From: Nemertoderma westbladi
Lineage: Eukaryota > Animalia > Xenacoelomorpha
Assembly (NCBI GenBank): GCA_032718475.1
Contig: JAUCBJ010008517.1
Span: 55,181-119,180, forward strand
Reading direction: 5' to 3'
DNA length: 64,000 bases
Positions 1 to 13,146 of the stretch are shown here, piece by piece. Every line of letters starts with the position of its first letter. Position 1 is the stretch's first letter. The notes beneath the pieces were generated by a model. It ran no database searches, had not been told where the DNA came from, and saw nothing but the letters and a program-made list of their open reading frames with translations. The position numbers and the translations under genes are program-made.

Positions 1-3000
1 CTCTGTAAAACAAACAATATCGTAGAACGACAGAGAAACAACTCCTCTGTAAAACAAACAATATCGTAGAACGAAAGAAAAACAACTCCTCTGTAAAACA
101 AACAATATCGTAGAACGACAGAGAAACAACTCCTCTGTAAAACAAACAATATCGTAGAACGAAAGAGAAACAACTCCTCTGTAAAACAAACAATATCGTA
201 GAACGACAGAGAAACAACTCCTCCGTAAAACAAACAATATTGTAGAACGAAAGAAAAACAACTCCTCTGTAAAACAAACAATATCGTAGAACGAAAGAGA
301 AACAACTCCTCTGTAAAACAAACAATATCGTAGAATGAAAAAGAAACAACTCCTCTGTAAAACAAACAATATCGTAGAACGACAGAGAAACAACTCCTCT
401 GTAAAACAAACAATATTGTAGAACGAAAGAAAAACAACTCCTCTGTAAAACAAACAATATCGTAGAACGAAAGAGAAACAACTCCTCTGTAAAACAAACA
501 ATATCGTAGAACGAAAGAGAAACAACTCCTCTGTAAAACAAACAATATCGTAGAACGAAAGAGAAACAACTCCTCTGTAAAACAAACAATATTATAGAAA
601 GAAAGAGAAACAACTCCTCTGTAAAACAAACAATATCGTAGAACGAAAGAGAAACAACTCCTCTGTAAAACAAACAATATAGTAGAACGAAAGATAAACA
701 ACTCCTCTGTAAAACAAACAATATCGTTGAACGAAAGAGAAACAACTCCTCTGTAAAACAAACAATATCGTAGAACGAAAGAGAAACAACTCCTCTGTAA
801 AACAAACAATATCGTAGAACGAAAGAGAAACAACTCCTCTGTAAAACAAACAATATCGTAGAACGAAAGGGAAACAACTCCTCTGTAAAACAAACAATAT
901 AGTAGAACGAAAGAGAAACAACTCCTCTGTAAAACAAACAATATCGTAGAACGAAAGAGAAACAACTCCTCTGTAAAAGAAACAATATCGTTGAATGAAA
1001 GAGAAACAACTCCTCTGTAAAACAAACAATATCGTAGAACGAAAGAGAAACAACTCCTCTGTAAAACAAACAATATCGTAGAACGAAAGAGAAACAACTC
1101 CTCTGTAAAACAAACAATATAGTAGAACGAAAGAGAAACAACTCCTCTGTAAAACAAACAATATCGTAGAACGAAAGAGAAACAACTCCTCTGTAAAACA
1201 AACAATATAGTAGAACGAAAGAGAAACAACTCCTCTGTAAAACAAACAATATCGTTGTACGAAAGAGAAACAACTCCTCTGTAAAACAAACAATATCGTA
1301 GAACGAAAGAGAAATAACTCCTCTGTAACACAAACAATATCGTAGAACGAAAGAGAAACAACTCCTCTGTAAAACAAACAATATAGTAGAACGAAAGAGA
1401 AACAACTCCTCTGTAAAACAAACAATATGGTAGAACGAAAGAGAAACAACTCCTCTGTAAAACAAACAATATAGTAGAACAAAAGAGAAACAACTCCTCT
1501 GTAAAACAAACAATATCGTAGAACGAAAGAAAAACAACTCCTCTGTAAAACAAACAATATCGTAGAACGAAAGAGAAACAACTCCTCTGTAAAACAAACA
1601 ATATCGTAGAACGAAAGAGAAACAACTCCTCTGTAAAACAAACAATATCGTAGAACGAAAGAGAAACAACTCCTCTGTAAAACAAACAATATCGTAGAAC
1701 GAAAGAGAAACAACTCCTCTGTAAAACAAACAATATAGTAGAACGAAAGAGAAACAACTCCTCTGTAAAACAAACAATATCGTAGAACGAAAGAGAAACA
1801 ACTCCTCTGTAAAACAAACAATATAGTAGAACGAAAGAGAAACAACTCCTCTGTAAAACAAACAATATCGTAGAACGAAAGAGAAACAACTCCTCTGTAA
1901 AACAAACAATATCGTAGTATGAAAGAGAAACAACTCCTCTGTAAAACAAACAATATCGTAGAACGAAAGAAAAACAACTCCTCTGTAAAACAAACAATAT
2001 CGTAGAACGAAAGAAAAACAACTCCTCTGTAAAACAAACAATATCGTAGAACGACAGAGAAACAACTCTGTAAAACAAACAATATCGTAGAACGACAGAG
2101 AAACAACTCCTCTGTAAAACAAACAATATCGTAGAACGAAAGAAAAACAACTCCTATGTAAAACAAACAATATCGTAGAACGACAGAGAAACAACTCCTC
2201 TGTAAAACAAACAATATCGTAGAACGAAAGAGAAACAACTCCTCTGTAAAACAAACAATATCGTAGAACGAAAGAGAAACAACTCCTCTGTAAAACAAAC
2301 AATATAGTAGAACGAAAGAAAAACAACTCCTATGTAAAACAAACAATATCGTAGAACGACAGAGAAACAACTCCTCTGTAAAACAAACAATATCGTAGAA
2401 CAAAAGAGAAACAACTCTGTAAAACAAACAATATCGTAGAACGACAGAGAAACAACTCCTCTGTAAAACAAACAATATCGTAGAACGAAAGAAAAACAAC
2501 TCCTATGTAAAACAAACAATATCGTAGAACGAAAGAGAAACAACTCCTCTGTAAAACAAACAATATCGTAGAACGAAAGAAAAACAACTCCTATGTAAAT
2601 GTAAAACAAACAATATCGTAGAACGAAAGAAAAACAACTCCTATGTAAAACAAACAACATAGTAGAACGAAAGAAAAACAACTCCTATGTAAAACAAACA
2701 ATATCGTAGAACGACAGAGAAACAACTCCTCTGTAAAACAAACAATATCGTAGAACGAAAGAGAAACAACTCTGTAAAACAAACAATATCGTAGAACGAA
2801 AGAAAAACAACTCCTCTGTAAAACAAACAATATCGTAGAACGAAAGAGAAACAACTCCTCTGTAAAACAAACAATATCGTAGAACGAAAAAGAAACAACT
2901 CCTCTGTAAAACAAACAATATCGTAGAACGACAGAGAAACAACTCCTCTGTAAAACAAACAATATTGTAGAACGAAAGAAAAACAACTCCTCTGTAAAAC

Positions 3001-6000
3001 AAACAATATCGTAGAACGAAAGAGAAACAACTCCTCTGTAAAACAAACAATATCGTAGAACGAAAGAGAAACAACTCCTCTGTAAAACAAACAATATCGT
3101 AGAACGAAAGAGAAACAACTCCTCTGTAAAACAAACAATATTATAGAAAGAAAGAGAAACAACTCCTCTGTAAAACAAACAATATCGTAGAACGAAAGAG
3201 AAACAACTCCTCTGTAAAACAAACAATATAGTAGAACGAAAGAGAAACAACTCCTCTGTAAAACAAACAATATCGTTGAACGAAAGAGAAACAACTCCTC
3301 TGTAAAACAAACAATATCGTAGAACAAAAGAGAAACAACTCCTCTGTAAAACAAACAATATCGTAGAACGAAAGAAAAACAACTCCTCTGTAAAACAAAC
3401 AATATCGTAGAACGAAAGAGAAACAACTCCTCTGTAAAACAAACAATATAGTAGAACGAAAGAGAAACAACTCCTCTGTAAAACAAACAATATCGTAGAA
3501 CGAAAGAGAAACAACTCCTCTGTAAAACAAACAATATCATTGAATGAAAGAGAAACAACTCCTCTGTAAAACAAACAATATCGTAGAACGAAAGAGAAAC
3601 AACTCCTCTGTAAAACAAACAATATCGTAGAACGAAAGAGAAACAACTCCTCTGTAAAACAAACAATATAGTAGAACGAAAGAGAAACAACTCCTCTGTA
3701 AAACAAACAATATCGTAGAACGAAAGAGAAACAACTCCTCTGTAAAACAAACAATATAGTAGAACGAAAGAGAAACAACTCCTCTGTAAAACAAACAATA
3801 TCGTTGAACGAAAGAGAAACAACTCCTCTGTAAAACAAACAATATCGTAGAACGAAAGAGAAATAACTCCTCTGTAACACAAACAATATCGTAGAACGAA
3901 AGAGAAACAACTCCTCTGTAAAACAAACAATATAGTAGAACGAAAGAGAAACAACTCCTCTGTAAAACAAACAATATGGTAGAACGAAAGAGAAACAACT
4001 CCTCTGTAAAACAAACAATATAGTAGAACAAAAGAGAAACAACTCCTCTGTAAAACAAACAATATCGTAGAACGAAAGAAAAACAACTCCTCTGTAAAAC
4101 AAACAATATCGTAGAACGAAAGAGAAACAACTCCTCTGTAAAACAAACAATATCGTAGAACGAAAGAGAAACAACTCCTCTGTAAAACAAACAATATCGT
4201 AGAACGAAAGAGAAACAACTCCTCTGTAAAACAAACAATATCGTAGAACGAAAGAGAAACAACTCCTCTGTAAAACAAACAATATAGTAGAACGAAAGAG
4301 AAACAACTCCTCTGTAAAACAAACAATATCGTAGAACGAAAGAGAAACAACTCCTCTGTAAAACAAACAATATAGTAGAACGAAAGAGAAACAACTCCTC
4401 TGTAAAACAAACAATATCGTAGAACGAAAGAGAAACAACTCCTCTGTAAAACAAACAATATCGTAGTATGAAAGAGAAACAACTCCTCTGTAAAACAAAC
4501 AATATCGTAGAACGAAAGAAAAACAACTCCTCTGTAAAACAAACAATATCGTAGAACGAAAGAAAAACAACTCCTCTGTAAAACAAACAATATCGTAGAA
4601 CGACAGAGAAACAACTCTGTAAAACAAACAATATCGTAGAACGACAGAGAAACAACTCCTCTGTAAAACAAACAATATCGTAGAACGAAAGAAAAACAAC
4701 TCCTATGTAAAACAAACAATATCGTAGAACGACAGAGAAACAACTCCTCTGTAAAACAAACAATATCGTAGAACGAAAGAGAAACAACTCCTCTGTAAAA
4801 CAAACAATATCGTAGAACGAAAGAGAAACAACTCCTCTGTAAAACAAACAATATAGTAGAACGAAAGAAAAACAACTCCTATGTAAAACAAACAATATCG
4901 TAGAACGACAGAGAAACAACTCCTCTGTAAAACAAACAATATCGTAGAACGAAAGAGAAACAACTCTGTAAAACAAACAATATCGTAGAACGACAGAGAA
5001 ACAACTCCTCTGTAAAACAAACAATATCGTAGAACGAAAGAAAAACAACTCCTATGTAAAACAAACAATATCGTAGAACGAAAGAGAAACAACTCCTCTG
5101 TAAAACAAACAATATCGTAGAACGAAAGAAAAACAACTCCTATGTAAAACAAACAATATCGTAGAACGAAAGAAAAACAACTCCTATGTAAAACAAACAA
5201 CATAGTAGAACGAAAGAAAAACAACTCCTATGTAAAACAAACAATATCGTAGAACGACAGAGAAACAACTCCTCTGTAAAACAAACAATATCGTAGAACG
5301 AAAGAGAAACAACTCTGTAAAACAAACAATATCGTAGAACGAAAGAAAAACAACTCCTATGTAAAACAAACAATATCGTAGAACGACAGAGAAACAACTC
5401 CTCTGTAAAACAAACAATATCGTAGAACGAAAGAGAAACAACTCTGTAAAACAAACAATATCGTAGAACGACAGAGAAACAACTCCTCTGTAAAACAAAC
5501 AATATCGTAGAACAAAAGAAAAACAACTCCTATGTAAAACAAACAATATCGTAGAACGAAAGAGAAACAACTCCTCTGTAAAACAAACAATATCGTAGAA
5601 CGAAAGAAAAACAACTCCTATGTAAAACAAACAATATAGTAGAACGAAAGAAAAACAACTCCTATGTAAAACAAACAATATCGTAGAACGACAGAGAAAC
5701 AACTCCTCTGTAAAACAAACAATATCGTAGAACGAAAGAGAAACAACTCTGTAAAACAAACAATATCGTAGAACGACAGAGAAACAACTCCTCTGTAAAA
5801 CAAACAATATCGTAGAACGAAAGAAAAACAACTCCTATGTAAAACAAACAATATCGTAGAACGACAGAGAAACAACTCCTCTGTAAAACAAACAATATCG
5901 TAGAACGAAAGAAAAACAACTCCTATGTAAAACAAACAATATCGTAGAACGACAGAGAAACAACTCCTCTGTAAAACAAACAATATCGTAGAACGAAAGA

Positions 6001-9000
6001 AAAACAACTCCTCTGTAAAACAAACAATATCGTAGAACGACAGAGAAACAACTCCTCTGTAAAACAAACAATATCGTAGAATGAAAGAGAAACAACTCCT
6101 CTGTAAAACAAACAATATCGTAGAACGACAGAGAAACAACTCCTCTGTAAAACAAACAATATCGTAGAATGACAGAGAAACAACTCCTCTGTAAAACAAA
6201 CAATATCGTAGAACGACAGAAAAACAACTCCTCTGTAAAACAAACAATATCGTAGAACGACAGAGAAACAACTCCTCTGTAAAACAAACAATATCGTAGA
6301 ACGAAAGAAAAACAACTCCTCTGTAAAACAAACAATATCGTAGAACGACAGAGAAACAACTCCTCTGTAAAACAAACAATATCGTAGAACGAAAGAGAAA
6401 CAACTCCTCTGTAAAACAAACAATATCGTAGAACGACAGAGAAACAACTCCTCCGTAAAACAAACAATATTGTAGAACGAAAGAAAAACAACTCCTCTGT
6501 AAAACAAACAATATCGTAGAACGAAAGAGAAACAACTCCTCTGTAAAACAAACAATATCGTAGAACGAAAAAGAAACAACTCCTCTGTAAAACAAACAAT
6601 ATCGTAGAACGACAGAGAAACAACTCCTCTGTAAAACAAACAATATTGTAGAATGAAAGAAAAACAACTCCTCTGTAAAACAAACAATATCGTAGAACGA
6701 AAGAGAAACAACTCCTCTGTAAAACAAACAATATCGTAGAACGAAAGAGAAACAACTCCTCTGTAAAACAAACAATATCGTAGAACGAAAGAGAAACAAC
6801 TCCTCTGTAAAACAAACAATATTATAGAAAGAAAGAGAAACAACTCCTCTGTAAAACAAACAATATCGTAGAACGAAAGAGAAACAACTCCTCTGTAAAA
6901 CAAACAATATAGTAGAACGAAAGAGAAACAACTCCTCTGTAAAACAAACAATATCGTTGAACGAAAGAGAAACAACTCCTCTGTAAAACAAACAATATCG
7001 TAGAACGAAAGAGAAACAACTCCTCTGTAAAACAAACAATATCGTAGAACGAAAGAGAAACAACTCCTCTGTAAAACAAACAATATCGTAGAACGAAAGA
7101 GAAACAACTCCTCTGTAAAACAAACAATATAGTAGAACGAAAGAGAAACAACTCCTCTGTAAAACAAACAATATCGTAGAACGAAAGAGAAACAACTCCT
7201 CTGTAAAACAAACAATATCGTTGAACGAAAGAGAAACAACTCCTCTGTAAAACAAACAATATCGTAGAACGAAAGAGAAACAACTCCTCTGTAAAACAAA
7301 CAATATCGTAGAACGAAAGAGAAACAACTCCTCTGTAAAACAAACAATATAGTAGAATGAAAGAGAAACAACTCCTCTGTAAAACAAACAATATCGTAGA
7401 ACGAAAGAGAAACAACTCCTCTGTAAAACAAACAATATAGTAGAACAAAAGAGAAACAACTCCTCTGTAAAACAAACAATATCGTTGAACGAAAGAGAAA
7501 CAACTCCTCTGTAAAACAAACAATATCGTAGAACGAAAGAGAAACAACTCCTCTGTAAAACAAACAATATCGTAGAACGAAAGAGAAACAACTCCTCTGT
7601 AAAACAAACAATATAGTAGAACGAAAGAGAAACAACTCCTCTGTAAAACAAACAATATGGTAGAACGAAAGAGAAACAACTCCTCTGTAAAACAAACAAT
7701 ATCGTAGAACGAAAGAGAAACAACTCCTCTGTAAAACAAACAATATCATTGAATGAAAGAGAAACAACTCCTCTGTAAAACAAACAATATCGTAGAACGA
7801 AAGAGAAACAACTCCTCTGTAAAACAAACAATATCGTAGAACGAAAGAGAAACAACTCCTCTGTAAAACAAACAATATAGTAGAACGAAAGAGAAACAAC
7901 TCCTCTGTAAAACAAACAATATCGTAGAACGAAAGAGAAACAACTCCTCTGTAAAACAAACAATATAGTAGAACGAAAGAGAAACAACTCCTCTGTAAAA
8001 CAAACAATATCGTTGAACGAAAGAGAAACAACTCCTCTGTAAAACAAACAATATCGTAGAACGAAAGAGAAATAACTCCTCTGTAACACAAACAATATCG
8101 TAGAACGAAAGAGAAACAACTCCTCTGTAAAACAAACAATATAGTAGAACGAAAGAGAAACAACTCCTCTGTAAAACAAACAATATGGTAGAACGAAAGA
8201 GAAACAACTCCTCTGTAAAACAAACAATATAGTAGAACAAAAGAGAAACAACTCCTCTGTAAAACAAACAATATCGTAGAACGAAAGAAAAACAACTCCT
8301 CTGTAAAACAAACAATATCGTAGAACGAAAGAGAAACAACTCCTCTGTAAAACAAACAATATCGTAGAACGAAAGAGAAACAACTCCTCTGTAAAACAAA
8401 CAATATCGTAGAACGAAAGAGAAACAACTCCTCTGTAAAACAAACAATATCGTAGAACGAAAGAGAAACAACTCCTCTGTAAAACAAACAATATAGTAGA
8501 ACGAAAGAGAAACAACTCCTCTGTAAAACAAACAATATCGTAGAACGAAAGAGAAACAACTCCTCTGTAAAACAAACAATATAGTAGAACGAAAGAGAAA
8601 CAACTCCTCTGTAAAACAAACAATATCGTAGAACGAAAGAGAAACAACTCCTCTGTAAAACAAACAATATCGTAGTATGAAAGAGAAACAACTCCTCTGT
8701 AAAACAAACAATATCGTAGAACGAAAGAAAAACAACTCCTCTGTAAAACAAACAATATCGTAGAACGAAAGAAAAACAACTCCTCTGTAAAACAAACAAT
8801 ATCGTAGAACGACAGAGAAACAACTCTGTAAAACAAACAATATCGTAGAACGACAGAGAAACAACTCCTCTGTAAAACAAACAATATCGTAGAACGAAAG
8901 AAAAACAACTCCTATGTAAAACAAACAATATCGTAGAACGACAGAGAAACAACTCCTCTGTAAAACAAACAATATCGTAGAACGAAAGAGAAACAACTCC

Positions 9001-12000
9001 TCTGTAAAACAAACAATATCGTAGAACGAAAGAGAAACAACTCCTCTGTAAAACAAACAATATAGTAGAACGAAAGAAAAACAACTCCTATGTAAAACAA
9101 ACAATATCGTAGAACGACAGAGAAACAACTCCTCTGTAAAACAAACAATATCGTAGAACGAAAGAGAAACAACTCTGTAAAACAAACAATATCGTAGAAC
9201 GACAGAGAAACAACTCCTCTGTAAAACAAACAATATCGTAGAACGAAAGAAAAACAACTCCTATGTAAAACAAACAATATCGTAGAACGAAAGAGAAACA
9301 ACTCCTCTGTAAAACAAACAATATCGTAGAACGAAAGAAAAACAACTCCTATGTAAAACAAACAATATCGTAGAACGAAAGAAAAACAACTCCTATGTAA
9401 AACAAACAACATAGTAGAACGAAAGAAAAACAACTCCTATGTAAAACAAACAATATCGTAGAACGACAGAGAAACAACTCCTCTGTAAAACAAACAATAT
9501 CGTAGAACGAAAGAGAAACAACTCTGTAAAACAAACAATATCGTAGAACGAAAGAAAAACAACTCCTATGTAAAACAAACAATATCGTAGAACGACAGAG
9601 AAACAACTCCTCTGTAAAACAAACAATATCGTAGAACGAAAGAGAAACAACTCTGTAAAACAAACAATATCGTAGAACGACAGAGAAACAACTCCTCTGT
9701 AAAACAAACAATATCGTAGAACAAAAGAAAAACAACTCCTATGTAAAACAAACAATATCGTAGAACGAAAGAGAAACAACTCCTCTGTAAAACAAACAAT
9801 ATCGTAGAACGAAAGAAAAACAACTCCTATGTAAAACAAACAATATAGTAGAACGAAAGAAAAACAACTCCTATGTAAAACAAACAATATCGTAGAACGA
9901 CAGAGAAACAACTCCTCTGTAAAACAAACAATATCGTAGAACGAAAGAGAAACAACTCTGTAAAACAAACAATATCGTAGAACGACAGAGAAACAACTCC
10001 TCTGTAAAACAAACAATATCGTAGAACGAAAGAAAAACAACTCCTATGTAAAACAAACAATATCGTAGAACGACAGAGAAACAACTCCTCTGTAAAACAA
10101 ACAATATCGTAGAACGAAAGAAAAACAACTCCTATGTAAAACAAACAATATCGTAGAACGACAGAGAAACAACTCCTCTGTAAAACAAACAATATCGTAG
10201 AACGAAAGAAAAACAACTCCTCTGTAAAACAAACAATATCGTAGAACGACAGAGAAACAACTCCTCTGTAAAACAAACAATATCGTAGAATGAAAGAGAA
10301 ACAACTCCTCTGTAAAACAAACAATATCGTAGAACGACAGAGAAACAACTCCTCTGTAAAACAAACAATATCGTAGAATGACAGAGAAACAACTCCTCTG
10401 TAAAACAAACAATATCGTAGAACGACAGAAAAACAACTCCTCTGTAAAACAAACAATATCGTAGAACGACAGAGAAACAACTCCTCTGTAAAACAAACAA
10501 TATCGTAGAACGAAAGAAAAACAACTCCTCTGTAAAACAAACAATATCGTAGAACGACAGAGAAACAACTCCTCTGTAAAACAAACAATATCGTAGAACG
10601 AAAGAGAAACAACTCCTCTGTAAAACAAACAATATCGTAGAACGACAGAGAAACAACTCCTCCGTAAAACAAACAATATTGTAGAACGAAAGAAAAACAA
10701 CTCCTCTGTAAAACAAACAATATCGTAGAACGAAAGAGAAACAACTCCTCTGTAAAACAAACAATATCGTAGAACGAAAAAGAAACAACTCCTCTGTAAA
10801 ACAAACAATATCGTAGAACGACAGAGAAACAACTCCTCTGTAAAACAAACAATATTGTAGAATGAAAGAAAAACAACTCCTCTGTAAAACAAACAATATC
10901 GTAGAACGAAAGAGAAACAACTCCTCTGTAAAACAAACAATATCGTAGAACGAAAGAGAAACAACTCCTCTGTAAAACAAACAATATCGTAGAACGAAAG
11001 AGAAACAACTCCTCTGTAAAACAAACAATATTATAGAAAGAAAGAGAAACAACTCCTCTGTAAAACAAACAATATCGTAGAACGAAAGAGAAACAACTCC
11101 TCTGTAAAACAAACAATATAGTAGAACGAAAGAGAAACAACTCCTCTGTAAAACAAACAATATCGTTGAACGAAAGAGAAACAACTCCTCTGTAAAACAA
11201 ACAATATCGTAGAACGAAAGAGAAACAACTCCTCTGTAAAACAAACAATATCGTAGAACGAAAGAGAAACAACTCCTCTGTAAAACAAACAATATCGTAG
11301 AACGAAAGAGAAACAACTCCTCTGTAAAACAAACAATATAGTAGAACGAAAGAGAAACAACTCCTCTGTAAAACAAACAATATCGTAGAACGAAAGAGAA
11401 ACAACTCCTCTGTAAAACAAACAATATCGTTGAACGAAAGAGAAACAACTCCTCTGTAAAACAAACAATATCGTAGAACGAAAGAGAAACAACTCCTCTG
11501 TAAAACAAACAATATCGTAGAACGAAAGAGAAACAACTCCTCTGTAAAACAAACAATATAGTAGAATGAAAGAGAAACAACTCCTCTGTAAAACAAACAA
11601 TATCGTAGAACGAAAGAGAAACAACTCCTCTGTAAAACAAACAATATAGTAGAACAAAAGAGAAACAACTCCTCTGTAAAACAAACAATATCGTTGAACG
11701 AAAGAGAAACAACTCCTCTGTAAAACAAACAATATCGTAGAACGAAAGAGAAACAACTCCTCTGTAAAACAAACAATATCGTAGAACGAAAGAGAAACAA
11801 CTCCTCTGTAAAACAAACAATATAGTAGAACGAAAGAGAAACAACTCCTCTGTAAAACAAACAATATGGTAGAACGAAAGAGAAACAACTCCTCTGTAAA
11901 ACAAACAATATAGTAGAACAAAAGAGAAACAACTCCTCTGTAAAACAAACAATATCGTAGAACGAAAGAAAAACAACTCCTCTGTAAAACAAACAATATC

Positions 12001-12845
12001 GTAGAACGAAAGAGAAACAACTCCTCTGTAAAACAAACAATATCGTAGAACGAAAGAGAAACAACTCCTCTGTAAAACAAACAATATCGTAGAACGAAAG
12101 AGAAACAACTCCTCTGTAAAACAAACAATATCGTAGAACGAAAGAGAAACAACTCCTCTGTAAAACAAACAATATAGTAGAACGAAAGAGAAACAACTCC
12201 TCTGTAAAACAAACAATATCGTAGAACAAAAGAGAAATAACTCCTCTGTAAAACAAACAATATCGTAGAACGAAAGAGAAACAACTCCTCTGTAAAACAA
12301 ACAATATAGTAGAACGAAAGAGAAACAACTCCTCTGTAAAACAAACAATATCGTAGAACAAAAGAGAAATAACTCCTCTGTAAAACAAACAATATCATAG
12401 AACGAAAGAGAAACAACTCCTCTGTAAAACAAACAATATAGTAGAATGAAAGAGAAACAACTCCTCTGTAAAACAAACAATATAGTAGAACGAAAGAGAA
12501 ACAACTCCTCTGTAAAACAAACAATATAGTAGAACGAAAGAGAAACAACTCCTCTGTAAAACAAACAATATAGTAGAACGAAAGAGAAACAACTCCTCTG
12601 TAAAACAAACAATATCGTAGAACGAAAGAGAAACAACTCCTCTGTAAAACAAACAATATCGTAGAACGAAAGAGAAACAACTCCTCTGTAAAACAAACAA
12701 TATAGTAGAACGAAAGAGAAACAACTCCTCTGTAAAACAAACAATATAGTAGAACGAAAGAGAAACAACTCCTCTGTAAAACAAACAATATAGTAGAACG
12801 AAAGAGAAACAACTCCTCTGTAAAACAAACAATATCGTAGAACGA
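1..12845 (-). repeat. 44-bp tandem satellite (~290 copies, open at window start) inside a mitoguardin intron; unit = 3' splice site plus start of the next MIGA exon
   Basis: Plus-strand unit is CTCTGTAAAACAAACAATATCGTAGAACGAAAGAGAAACAACTC. On the minus strand it reads ttgtttgttttacag|AGGAGTTGTTTCTCTTTCGTTCTACGATA. Occasional 41-bp variants occur. Confidence 0.97.
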
Positions 12846-12894
12846 GGAAAGAAACTACTCATATAACTCCTAAGTATTAGACTAACCGACTAAC

Positions 12895-13146
12895 CTGTAA
12901 GCTAATTCCTCCTCCAAAGTGCCCCAATGGGAGATGTCCTCACAATATCGTATCAAGTCCTTATAGGCTGATATAAATGCTGAGTAATTGGGCCCATCCC
13001 ACAATAGACCTCCCACCAATCGGGAACCTAGTTCAGTGAACCATGAGCGGTTGCTTGGAGACGAGAATACAATACGGAATGCAGCACGGAGACAGTACAC
13101 CTTGGCTAGGAAATCGATATCAGAAAGACAACCAACCAAACTGGTT
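12895..13146 (-). CDS. MIGA: MIGA coding exon 7 (start of C-terminal lipid-binding domain)
   Basis: Acceptor ttgtattctag|A and donor TACAG|gttagt. Translates RTSLVGCLSDIDFLAKVYCLRAAF...WGTLEEELAYR. Confidence 0.92.

Noticed and set aside
592-12862. Many long hydrophobic minus-strand ORFs as stand-alone membrane protein genes
   Set aside because: They are three-frame translations of a stop-free 44-bp satellite; only the RGVVSLSFYDIV portion reflects real exon sequence.
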